NCBI GenBank assembly: GCA_964016885.1
Contig: OZ024758.1
Coordinates: 7,006,001 to 7,070,000 of the forward strand
DNA length: 64,000 bases
Direction of reading: 5' to 3'
From: Eledone cirrhosa
Lineage: Eukaryota
The translations under genes and the position numbers were made by a program. Under the pieces are notes generated by a model that saw only the letters and a list, made by a program, of their open reading frames with translations, was not told the origin of the DNA and did no database searches. Positions 53,444-64,000 of the stretch are shown here, in pieces; position 1 is the stretch's first letter; each line of letters begins with the position of its first letter.

Positions 53444-54605
53444 ATGCTGATACATTTATACAGTGACAACAACCATGCGTTGGATGGATTTAATGCAACA
53501 TACACTATAACAGATTGTCCATATAACTGTAGTAAACAGGGAGTTTGCTCAAATCACACATGTGATTGCTACTACTGGTTTACAGGAAAAGGCTGTGAAA
53601 AACGATCATGCAGCCTTGATTCATGCCACGGCCATGGAAGTTGTGATGCTAATAAAGAACACTGTCTCTGTGATGAGGGTTATGTTGGTGCAAACTGTGA
53701 CCTACTTCTAAAGAATGACAGTGGACAAGGGCAGTGGTATATATTGTCAAAGTCAAGTGATATTTTCACACCTAGGACTGGCCATATTGGTGTCTTTGTA
53801 TCAAAGTCAAATAGTTTATGGATATTTGGTGGTTTTACATTAAATATAATAGTTGAGGATTTATTGTATTACAGCTTCAACACGAGTCGATGGGAAAAAG
53901 TCCCCAAAACCTCTCCATGGCCAGTAGCTCGTTATGGACATGCTGCTGCAGTTTTTCAAGATTGTTTATATATTTATGGTGGAATCATAGCAAACAAAAT
54001 CTACTCTAATGAACTCTGGATGTTTAATACTACCTCATTTCATTGGCATCTTAAATCGTCAGAAAGCCACAACACAAACACACTGCCTAGTTTGACTAGT
54101 CACACTTTAACAACAGTTAATAACTGGTTGTATCTGTTTGGTGGACTTCTTATGAATGGCTTATTTTCTTCAGATATGTATCGAGTAAATATTACGTCTG
54201 GTGTTTGGGAACATGTTAAAATCAGAGGGGGAAGGACTTTTATGAGGCGTCTAGCTGGCCATACTACCGTCTTTCACCAGGAATCAAACTCCCTTTTAGT
54301 TTTTGGAGGTTTCTGGATGGAAAGTGCTTCTGCTAGTCAACGTACAAATAGTCTTCATGCTTTTCATCTAAAAGAAAGATACTGGTCAAAAATGGCTCAT
54401 CCTTACACCCAAAGTGAACATCGACCTAAAGTAATTGCTCACCATTCTGCTGTATTAATGGGGAACTATCTGGTAATCTTTGGAGGAAACTCTCATGTAC
54501 ATAATAACTGGAAGATCTGCTATGATGGTGAATTATATTTATACAATATTGGCTGCCACACCTGGGTTAGCCATGAAGCTCTTGAAAAACGAATACTGTC
54601 ACAAA
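53444..54605 (+). CDS. MEGF8: MEGF8 coding exon 3 (end of CUB, two EGF-like domains, Kelch repeats)
   Basis: ttgcag|ATG CTG ATA; MLIHLYSDNN...CPYNCSKQGVC EGF repeats, repeated GH...(Y/F)GG Kelch motifs, GNYLVIFGGNSHVH...CY...YNIGCHTWVS; donor A|gtgagt, phase 1. Confidence 0.97.
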
Positions 54606-56080
54606 GTGAGTAACATTATTAATTTTATTTTAGTATATGACGATGATGATGATGATCATCATCATTGTTGTCATTGTTTTTACGTTCGTTTTTTTCCAAG
54701 CTTGCATGGGCTGGACGGGTCCTTCTCAGTACAGCATCTCTCCACTCCTGCTGCATCTTCCTTCGTCATCTCTGTAAGTTTCAGTGAATTGAGGTCAGCT
54801 CTCACCACCTCTGTCCAGCTCTTTCTTCATCTATCTCTACTGCAGCTTCCTTCTGCTGGTATTTCCTGGCACTTCTTCATGTACAGCAATATATTGGTAA
54901 CTTCAGGTTTCAATATAAATGTTAAAGGAGGAAATATGGTATATATATATATATTTCATTTCATTCATTCATTCATCATTTTACGTCTGCTTTTTCCCTG
55001 CTTGCAAGGGTGGGACGGGAACTGATGTTGGCTTGATTTCTACAGCTGGATGCCCTTCCTAACACCAACCTCATTTACAGTGAGTGCTGGGTGCTTTTTT
55101 GCCGTGGCACCTCCACGACCACTTTGCAGTGGAATGATAGGGACCCCAGTCCCTATCATCTCATTTCTACAGCTGAGTAAACTGGAGCAATGTGAAATAA
55201 AGTGTCTTGCTCAAGGAAACAACACATCACCCAGTCTGAGAATTGAACTCACAACTTTCGATTGCAAGGCCAATGCTCTAACCACTAAGCCATGTGTCTC
55301 CATATATATATATAATTTATTTCATAACTAACGTCTGTCTTGAATTTGCCGGTTCCTTAGGCTGGTGCTTGGTGGGAAGTGACTGAAAGTACAAGACCCC
55401 CCCCCCCCCCAAACAGGACACCACCTTAGTCCATTGCAGGATTAAACCCCCAGCTATTGCTGGTACTCATTTTTAGCTGAGTATACTGGAGCAACGTGAA
55501 ATGAAGTGTTTTCTTCAAAAACAGAACATACAATCTAGTCCAGGAATTGAACTTGTGATGTTATGATTGTAAGTCCAATGCCCTTACCATTAGGCCACAT
55601 GCCTCCACTATAACTAGTCTACCTGTATCAGAAAAAACTGACAGTTTTATTTATTAATTATAGAGGATGATACATTCATTGAAAATGGCAGATGAGACCA
55701 TTGATAAATTTTTACCTGAAGTTTTAGCACTGAATGAAAGTTGGCTGAAAAGTTCATAGGCCGACCAAGATACTCTCATGGAATGACCAAATGAGGTTTA
55801 TTTGTCAACATAGTCGATTGGGTGCTGGAGTGGGGGACTTATCTGGTGAATAGTTAGGTGTTAGGATGTGGGTGGAGTGTTTCAAATTCAGCTTATAGTG
55901 TTTACAAAAGCCTGTTTTAGTATTTGCAGTACAGCTCCAAAGCTGTTAATTTCTTGGCAAACTAAGCGTATACTCCATTTTTTTTTCTAAGTTCTAACTG
56001 CTTCACCTCCATTACCTATGTCTTTAGAAAATGTTATAGAATACCCTTTTCTCTTGCCTAAAAACATGACAATTCTTATC

Positions 56081-56280
56081 TATGAGGGTCGGTTAAAAAG
56101 TACATAGACCGACCAAGATACTCTCATGGAATGGCCAAATGAGGTTTATTTTTCAACATAGTCCTTGGAAAGAAACAATGAAGTTATTAATAATAAGTGT
56201 TTAAATTAATGCATTCAAGATTTCAGAGCTAGCATCACGCCTTCATAGTCAGCCTATGAACTTTTCAGCTGACCCTCGTA
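56081..56280. mobile_element. Full-length mariner-like MITE flanked by TA
   Basis: tatgagggtcggttaaaaagtacatagaccga ... tcagcctatgaacttttcagctgaccctcgta; inverted termini. Confidence 0.8.
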
Positions 56281-56572
56281 TATAAGAAATTATTATGATT
56301 ATTTTTGTATTTAAGGGTGATGGATTGGCAGAATCGGTAGAGCGTCGGACAACATGCTTAGCGACATAGAGTTATGGCCCTTTACGTTCTGAGTTAAAAC
56401 ACTCCCCCCGAGGTTAATTTTGCCTTTCATCCTTACGGGGTCGGTAAAATAAAGTACCAGTAACACACTGGGGTAGATTTAATCGCTCCCCCCCCCCCCC
56501 CCCCCCCGAAAATGTTGGTCTTGTGCAATTATTATTTTTGTATTTAATGAAATTTTTTCTATATTTTCTAAG

Positions 56573-56739
56573 ATTCAATAGAGGAATTTATGACATCTAA
56601 AATGCCAAAGGTTGGGCGATTTGGTCATTCAGCTACAGTAGCACATGGTAATATCTTATTAATCGCAGGAGGATATGCTGGTCGTGTTCTTGGCGATCTC
56701 GTTGCTTACAAAGTACCCTCATTGATAGCTAGTTCAAAT
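56573..56739 (+). CDS. MEGF8: MEGF8 coding exon 4 (last Kelch repeat of the first propeller)
   Basis: ttttctaag| acceptor, phase 1; GRFGHSATVAHGNILLIAGGYAGRVLGDLVAYKVP; donor gtaagt, phase 0. Confidence 0.95.
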
Positions 56740-57636
56740 GTAAGTAACAGTTTTAAAGTCTACTTTATTTTGCTTTTAGATATGTTTTTTATTTATTTAA
56801 CCCTTTAGCATTTAAACCGGCCATATCCGGCCAGATTTCTCTCACCCCTTTATGTTCAAACTGGCTGTAACCAGTTAAGGTATTGTTCTCAAAATATATA
56901 TAACATCAAAATCTCATAGATTTGAAATTATATGAGATAATTATGTAAGTTAAAGCCTTTACAATACAGTAGTATATATAGAGTAATGTAACTGCTAAAG
57001 GGTTAAATACAGGTATTTATTTGACAGACTACTATTTGGATGATAAACTCTGCCAGTTGCAGACTGCGCATCAATATGAGATATTTTTCTGCACAAAGTT
57101 CAATCACCTCTCAGGAATAAATGGGCGAAGAACAAGACAATAAATATTTTTATTGATGATAAAATGTAGAACATTGCTGTTAATTTTATTTACAAATTAA
57201 TTATAATCGACAGTCGTTTGACTTTCGTCAAATTGGACCGAGGAAACAATGTTTCCGTTGGTCTTTCCAATTACTAATACTATCTATCGGTCGAAACTCC
57301 AGGTAGAAGGAGCAACGTGAAATAAAGTGTCTTGCTCAAGGACATAATGCATCGCCTGGTCCAGGAATCGAACTCACAATCTGACGATTGCGAATCCAAT
57401 TTTCTAACCACAAAATTATTATATAATTAAACTATTATATAATATTATAATATTATATAATATAATATTATATAATTATAATATTATATAATATTATTAT
57501 AATTATAATATTATATAATTATTATAATATATAATTATAATATTATAATATTATATAATTATAATAAACTAATTACAATTGCCTTTCCTGTGTGATAATA
57601 TATTTACCTTCTCACTCCCCATTTTTTTGTTTTTAG

Positions 57637-57765
57637 CCTGAAATAGAAACTGACCATTGTGAAGGGGTGGACAGTGAGAGTATCTGCTTGGACAATCCTG
57701 AATGTTTGATGTGTGTTTTGAAAAATACTTCAGATCGAGGCTGCGTTCACTATAATAATCGCAAG
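57637..57765 (+). CDS. MEGF8: MEGF8 coding exon 5 (PSI domain); absent from the ORF track
   Basis: ttttag|CCT; PEIETDHCEGVDSESICLDNPECLMCVLKNTSDRGCVHYNNRK; donor gtaagt; phase 0/0. Confidence 0.9.
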
Positions 57766-58570
57766 GTAAGTTTTGTTAATATTGATAAGCATCATCATCA
57801 TCATCATCGTTTTACGTCCGTTCTCCCACACTAGCATGGGTTAGACGGGTTGTCCTGTTGTGGGCAGTGTCCGGTCGATGAGCTGTCCAACTCGTGCCAG
57901 CTGTCCCGGTAGTTCAGTCTGACCAAGATACTCTCATGGAATGACCAAATGAGGTTTATTTTTCAACGTAGTCCCTGGAAAGAAACAATACAGTTATTAA
58001 TAAGAAGAGTTGAAATAAATGTATGCAAGATTTCAGAGCTCTAGCATCACAGGCTGAGCAAGATACTCTCATGGAATGACAAGTTGAGGTTTATTTTTCA
58101 ACATAGTCCCTGGAAAGAAACAATGCAGTTATTATTAAGAAGAGTTGAAATAAATGCATGCAAGATTTCACAGCTCTAACGTCAATCCTTCATAATCAGC
58201 TTATAGACTCTTCAGCTGACCCTCGTAGAATTCTGTGGTATAAACAACCTAACCTTCTGCAACACTAACTTCAGAAAACTGACCAGTTAGGAAACCAACC
58301 ACCACAGCAATCTGGTGAACTCCTAGGCCAGAAAACAGGGCAAACAAAAGTCTTTTTTCCAGGAGAATGTCCCACCCCAAATAGACTAATGATTTGTAAC
58401 ATTAGAGTAAGAGCTAGTTGTACTCAGAGAGACAATCTGGAGAATGAAGGTGTGCTAAATATAAGTTCTATGTGATGTCTATATTGAGAAGAAAATAGAT
58501 TATGTGCAATGATAGGAAGAGTGAACATTGAAGGCCCAAACAGTGACATTACTGCAGAAGCTGGGCTACC

Positions 58571-58920
58571 ACAAGACTGGTAACTTCCCTGACAATTCTT
58601 AACAGATACATTAGTTTGGCCACTGTAGAACAAGACTGGTAACTTCCCTGACAATTCTTAACAGATACATTAGTTTGGCCACTGTAGAACAAGACTGGTA
58701 ACTTCCCTGACAATTCTTAACAGATACATTAGTTTGGCCACTGTAGAACAAGACTGGTAACTTCCCTCACATTTCTCAAGAGATTCATTAGTTTGCCACT
58801 ATAGAACAAGACTGGTAACTTCCCTCACATTTCTCAAGAGATTCATTAGTTTGCCACTATAGAACAAGACTCTGGTAACTTCCCTCACATTTCTCAAGAG
58901 ATTCATTAGTTTGCCACTAT
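58571..58920. repeat. 58-59-bp tandem repeat: three copies of one variant, then three of another
   Basis: acaagactggtaacttccct... recurs six times. Confidence 0.88.
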
Positions 58921-59399
58921 TCAGGAAAGATTGATGAGCAATGCTTTCATAGTCTGTATCCACACTGAAGATAGAAACTACATGGTGAGCACTCAGTTAC
59001 TATCTGTCAGACATCACCTTTGTCAAACTTCCTGATGGATACTGTTCTCAACTTAGGATTGGGAATCAGTTTGTATGGTGGCTTCCTCACAGACATATAT
59101 CTATTGGAATGTACCAGCTGCTGTCTGGGTGGCACCTAATATGTAACCTTGTAAAACTAGATTCAAGCTGAATAGAGTCTACTTGATTCAGTTGAAGATG
59201 AGGGACAGAAAAGAACCCCCCCCCCTCTATAAACAGTCTCCTTTTATGGATGTATCTCAGTGACAGGCAATGTCTGGCTCATTGGGCTACTGAAAGTCAA
59301 CTGTCTCCTCAGCATTAACAAGGCCAGGTCAGATGATTCTGCTTGGAGTTTTAAGATTCTCATTGTCATCCAAAGAGCCACAGGTCAGTTGGTACTAGA

Positions 59400-59765
59400 G
59401 TATAATCTGACTTTATGCCAGCTCCCTAATGTTTTAAACTAAACTCTGTCTCTCTTGCTGAGGGAGAAACTGGGTTTAAGAGGTATCCAAAGTGGTGTAC
59501 AAGAGATAAGACTGCATTGGTATAGACATGTGATGTGCATGGATGATGTTTATTGGGTGAAGAAGTGCTAGGAAATCTCTGTGGAAGGAAGCTGCAGAAG
59601 TGGTAGACCAAGGAAGACCTGGGTAAAGGTGGTGGGAACTGATCTCAAATCACTGAAACTTACTGAGGAGATGATGAAGGAACGTGGTGAGTAGAGAGAT
59701 GCGCTGATAAAGATCCGTCCCATCATGCTGGCATGGAAAAACAGATATAAAAATGTTGATGATGA
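59400..59765 (+). mobile_element. RTE LINE 3' end with (GAT)n tail
   Basis: LHWYRHVM...GRPRKTW motif followed by catgctggcatggaaaa...gatgatga, the tail shared with the SINE families. Confidence 0.75.
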
Positions 59766-60115
59766 AGCAAAATAACCAGCGAACAACATAAACAAATAAA
59801 ACAACGGACAGTGCTGATATTTATAATTCAATTGAAATAAAAGAAGTATTTATCTTTAAGCTTTTATGCATTCAAGTTTTTTTATATTGTTAGAATAATG
59901 ACCTTTTAAAACACTTTGTACAGTTTTTAAGTTGAAAGTTTGATTAAACTATTTAATATAATGCTACGGCTTCATTCTTTGACAAAGATAAATGTAAAAT
60001 ATTTTGTTCTTTTTAATTCATTCCTAACCATAGAAAAGTCAGTTAGAATTACTTGGTTTTTATATTTAGTTTTTACAATATTGTTTTAACCTTTTTCTAC
60101 TTTATATGTTAACAG

Positions 60116-60299
60116 AAACTTTGTTTGGCTAGTGATCCAATCCATCACTGTGGTAATGTGTGTGAACTGCTGAAATCCTGTGGAGATTGCCTTATCCAAG
60201 GGCAGGGACCAACCTTATTTAATACATCTTTACGAAATGTCGTCCACAATGAAAAGTGTTTATGGTGTGTCAAAGAAGATAAATGCCAAAGGAGAAGCG
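60116..60299 (+). CDS. MEGF8: MEGF8 coding exon 6 (PSI domain), ending at a probable GC donor
   Basis: aacag|AAA CTT TGT; CELLKSCGDCL...CLWCVKEDKCQRRS; the donor G|gcaagt gives the phase 1 needed by exon 7. Confidence 0.88.
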
Positions 60300-60540
60300 G
60301 CAAGTATTATAACAAAATTTGATTAACATGTATTTCTGAATGGAAGAGGTGGAATGCTGTCCTTGAGCAAGACACTTTATTTCATATCGTTTGAGAAATA
60401 CATAGCATTCTTTACACATATATATATAGAGCAAATAATATGCAGGAAAATATACATACTTTAAGATGGTAAAAAGTCATTTTTTTTCCATACAGTACTG
60501 TTTCATAGACCAAAGAACGAAGCAAAACCATCAATCTAAG

Positions 60541-60580
<40 letters not shown>

Positions 60581-60789
60581 TTGAAATTGGTGGTTCACCA
60601 CTGGATAGAACTGGTCATTCCATATAGTTAACCAATATGCAATAGTAGGGAAAGCACTCAACGTGACGCAACTCAATCATCTTTGATGTAAGATTCTGTT
60701 GGTGGTCAGTGAACGGAGTTAAATATTATTGAATAAAGTGACAAGAGGCTGGAAAGTTGAGATTCCTTCAAAGTATTTATTTCTGCAGG

Positions 60790-60842
60790 CACTATATATA
60801 TTTCAATGGCGGCCAGTAGAATTCCAGCAACATCATCAGGTG
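60790..60842 (-). ncRNA. Type I hammerhead motif in MEGF8 intron 6 (antisense)
   Basis: Minus strand: cac-CTGATGA-tgttgctgg(aattcta)ctggccgccatt-GAAA-t(atat)a-TA-gtg. Confidence 0.6.
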
Positions 60843-61132
60843 TATTACATAACAATTATAAAGGAATCATGATAACACAGGTTGTGTACACGGAGACAAA
60901 GAATAATGAATAAAATTGGAGATATTTGATTCAGGGGCCGCCTATGTCCATTCGTTTAGACTGACTGTTGGTGGAATTTTACTGGCCATGAAATATATAT
61001 ATATAATGTCTGCAGAAATAAATACTTTGAAGCAATTTCAACTTTCTGGTCTCTTGTCACTTGATTCAATAATTATATATATATATATATGTATCCCGGG
61101 TTCAATCGGGGGGGTAACTGCAGTAAGTATAT

Positions 61133-61179
<47 letters not shown>

Positions 61180-61359
61180 TTGGTATATTTTGTGTTCATT
61201 AATTTGAAATTATTTATTGGTCAACCAACACTAGTGTATGCAGGATTGAGCACTCAAAGAAGTATACATATAGGCCTGTATATTCCGAAGTATTGGTATA
61301 ACAATGAAGTGGAAGCCAGTAGGTTAGAATTTACCTCATTTTATTGATTTCCTACTCAT

Positions 61360-61414
61360 TGTTATACATATTTCAATGGAAACTGTTATGTAACAGTTAC
61401 AACCTCATCAGATA
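61360..61414 (-). ncRNA. Type I hammerhead motif in MEGF8 intron 6 (antisense; stem I degenerate)
   Basis: Minus strand: CTGATGA-ggttgtaactgttacataacagtttccatt-GAAA-t(atgt)a-TA; strong stem II, weak stem I. Confidence 0.55.
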
Positions 61415-61613
61415 GCTGTTAGATGAATAAAAATTACATGAATAAAAATAAAAATTACATGGATAAGAATTACTCATGCAGTTTCCATTTACGCACACAC
61501 CACACACACACACACACACCACACACACACACCACGCATATCCTTTGTTGAAATTGAAATTCACTCTATTGTAATTGATTTAATATCTTTCATATGTTTT
61601 CTATATTTTACAG

Positions 61614-61786
61614 AACCACAAAATACATGCCTGATTGCTAATGGTACTAGATCGGGGTTAGTTGGATGGTGGGCAGGACTTAGTGCAGCCCTCACAAGTG
61701 TGAATCAGTGTCGAGTCGAAGACAGACCTGCTGGATTACATTGGATTAAATATCAAAATCCTCTGGACCCCACCTACCCAGACCAA
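61614..61786 (+). CDS. MEGF8: MEGF8 coding exon 7; absent from the ORF track
   Basis: ttttacag|AA CCA; PQNTCLIANGTRSGLVGWWAGLSAALTSVNQCRVEDRPAGLHWIKYQNPLDPTYPDQ carries the GWW and PD motifs of MEGF8; donor gtaagt. Confidence 0.92.
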
Positions 61787-61824
61787 GTAAGTTACCATTT
61801 ATAATTATCTTATTCTATGTAGTC

Positions 61825-62173
61825 CAGGCATATCAAATATGTGGCCCTTTACAAGCACACCTGTAGCCCTTTACAAACACACCTGTGGCCCTTTACAAGC
61901 ACACCTGTAGCCCTTTACAAACACACCTGTGGTCCTTTACAAGCACACCTGTGGCCCGCACGAAGCTTTTTACAGCACGAGCATGTTTTATTTTTGTAAT
62001 ATAAAATAAAAAACAATTGTTGTAATGTACGCAGTTAGTTGTTGTGTGTGGCCCTCAGACAACACATATGTGACCCATGTGGCCCTCAGACAACATATGT
62101 GACCCATGTGGCCCTCAGACAACACATATGTGACCCATGAGGCCCTTGGCGGACCATCAGTTTGACATGCCTG
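61825..62173. mobile_element. hAT-like MITE with 8-bp target-site duplication
   Basis: TIRs caggcatatcaaa / tttgacatgcctg; TSD atgtagtc (61817-61824) versus gtgtagtc (62174-62181); internal short tandem repeats. Confidence 0.75.
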
Positions 62174-62439
62174 GTGTAGTCTATAGTTTAGATTGAGCTA
62201 TATTTTCATTTCTATCATCATCATCATTTAGTGTCCATGATACAAGATGGAGGAACCTCATAGTGTCACTAGTAGGAGTTGGACAACAATAATAATAATA
62301 ATAATTGTTTCTACTTTAGGCACAAGGCCAGCAATTACCCAGTGTATTACTGGTACTTTATTTTATCGACCCCCTTTGCAAAATTTGTATTGTGCCTAAT
62401 CAAAATATATCAAATTGATATAAATGTTTTATTTTGTAG

Positions 62440-62658
62440 GCTGAGATCATTCGAGAAACATCAAGTCATCTTAAATTTGAATCAACTTTAGCAAAGGATG
62501 TGGACCAAAATGGTTTTTACATTGCTCATTACACTGGCTTTATATATCCCTTACAATTTCCACCCCCAAATGACAACAAATCACTTGTACTAACTGTTGG
62601 AACATCATCTGCTAAAATTACATTATATCTAAGCAAAGACAGGTTTAAAAAGAACAAG
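62440..62658 (+). CDS. MEGF8: MEGF8 coding exon 8; absent from the ORF track
   Basis: ttttgtag|GCT; open for 73 codons including YTGFIYP (YRGFIYP in human MEGF8, as recalled); donor gtatgt; phase 0/0. Confidence 0.9.
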
Positions 62659-63203
62659 GTATGTTAAATAATGGTTTTTTAATCATTAACTTCAAGGAGT
62701 AATTACAAATTTGGTTTGCATCTAATTTTTCATTTTAAAAAATTGGAACTGATCTCTGATTTTGGAGAAGTGGAGATCATAGCTCCATGGTCATGTGGTT
62801 AGAATGTCTCAAGAAAGAATCTCTGGACAGATTTTACAGGCAATACCAACCAACAGGAGACCCAGAGGTAGACCCTGAGCAAGATGGATAATATTCATGA
62901 GCTCAGCTGGTCTAGTTTGGGGATCCAGCCGGAGCAATTGGAGATGGTTGCTTCTGAGAGGACCCGTTGGAAGGAGTGTTTGAGGAGTCTGCTCCCATGA
63001 CTTTCTCAGGAATAAGTGGGTGAAGAAGAAGTCACAAATACAGAGCAATTAATTGCTTATTCATTAATTTTTTTATTGATAATTCATAATTATTTCGTTT
63101 GACATTATTAGATGTTTAGTATGGAAAATATTTAGGTAAATTTTTGAAACAATTTTCCAAAGCTATGTTAATTTTGTAAACCTTTTTGTTTTATATTTTT
63201 CAG

Positions 63204-63731
63204 GAGAAAGTAACTGGGAGTGGTGATCGATATGAAAAATCTGTGGCTTATAAAGCGAGACGATTTGGGGATTCAATGCTTTTTACTAATAAAAGTCGAG
63301 GAGCAAAGTATTACGTTGATCTTGAAGCACAGCTCAATATTACTACATCACAAAATAGTGTCACTGAGTTCAAATCATCTATTGACATCACCTGGAACAA
63401 TATACGACAAAAAAAGAACAACCTTCGTCAGAAAAATGAAGTTGATGAACAGGCTCTAACTTATGAGTTCCTTCAGCCTTACTACGAGGGGAGTTGTGAT
63501 CAGCATTACAACTGCCTTGGTTGTTTGTCAGACAATGCTTGTGGCTGGTGTGTAGAGACTAGAAGTTGCGTAATAAGAGATGGAAATGACACTGAAATAT
63601 TGAATAACAAATATATTGATCATCAAAATAAAGACAAATGCAAAGGAGATATGGCACATCATCTTTTAGTAACTAATATAGCAGAGTGTCCTGTTTGTAG
63701 TGACTATGTCAGCTGCTTGGACTGTTCTAGC
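63204..63731 (+). CDS. MEGF8: MEGF8 coding exon 9 (PSI domains); gene continues beyond the window
   Basis: tttttcag|GAG; KYYVDL...FLQPYYEGSCDQHYNCLGCLSDNACGWC...CPVCSDYVSCLDCS; donor gtaagt, phase 0. Confidence 0.95.
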
Positions 63732-64000
63732 GTAAGTAGTAACATATTTTACTGTGATTTATTTTGTATATTTTGTCTCATTAATTGTCCATCATTCATA
63801 AGTACAGAGGACCCTCAGTTCACAAACTTAATTCATTCCAGAAGGCCGTTTATTGCCTGAAATGTTCATCACCATCACCATCATCGTTTAACGTCCATCG
63901 TCCATGCTAGCATGGGTTGGACGGTTTTGTCCCACTTGATGCAAGATTAGTCGGCAGACCATGTCTCGCTCGTACAGAACTGTTTCTGGCAGATTTTCTA

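Noticed and set aside
31068-63731. Attractin as an alternative identity for the main gene
   Set aside because: The CUB domain directly follows the signal peptide and precedes the EGF repeats, and the GWW, GFIYP and FLQPY motifs fit MEGF8.

Overview
Animal genomic DNA: AT-rich, microsatellite-dense and dominated by SINEs, MITEs and decayed LINEs. The repeat landscape is most consistent with a coleoid cephalopod such as Octopus (inference). Most entries in the ORF track are artefacts of simple or tandem repeats. Genes supported by the sequence: (1) the first nine coding exons (990 codons, 31068-63731, +) of MEGF8, with signal peptide, CUB, EGF, Kelch and PSI domains, a 20.6-kb first intron and a probable GC-AG intron, continuing past the window end; (2) the terminal coding exon (8197-8507, +) of an unidentified upstream gene, with two candidate microexons at 2419-2433 and 2647-2662; (3) a candidate Lys-rich exon of a divergent minus-strand transcript next to the MEGF8 promoter. 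The most notable unannotated signal is a set of about 14 type I hammerhead-ribozyme motifs of the Penelope/retrozyme kind (CUGANGA-stem II-GAAA-minimal stem III-UH, closed by stem I). Several look intact and some occur in tandem or inverted pairs. Inside the + strand genes, the copies with intact catalytic boxes are mostly antisense. The window also has many fold-back palindromes (up to 550 bp) and young tandem arrays derived from transposon pieces. All alignments and folds were done by eye; no database search was run.
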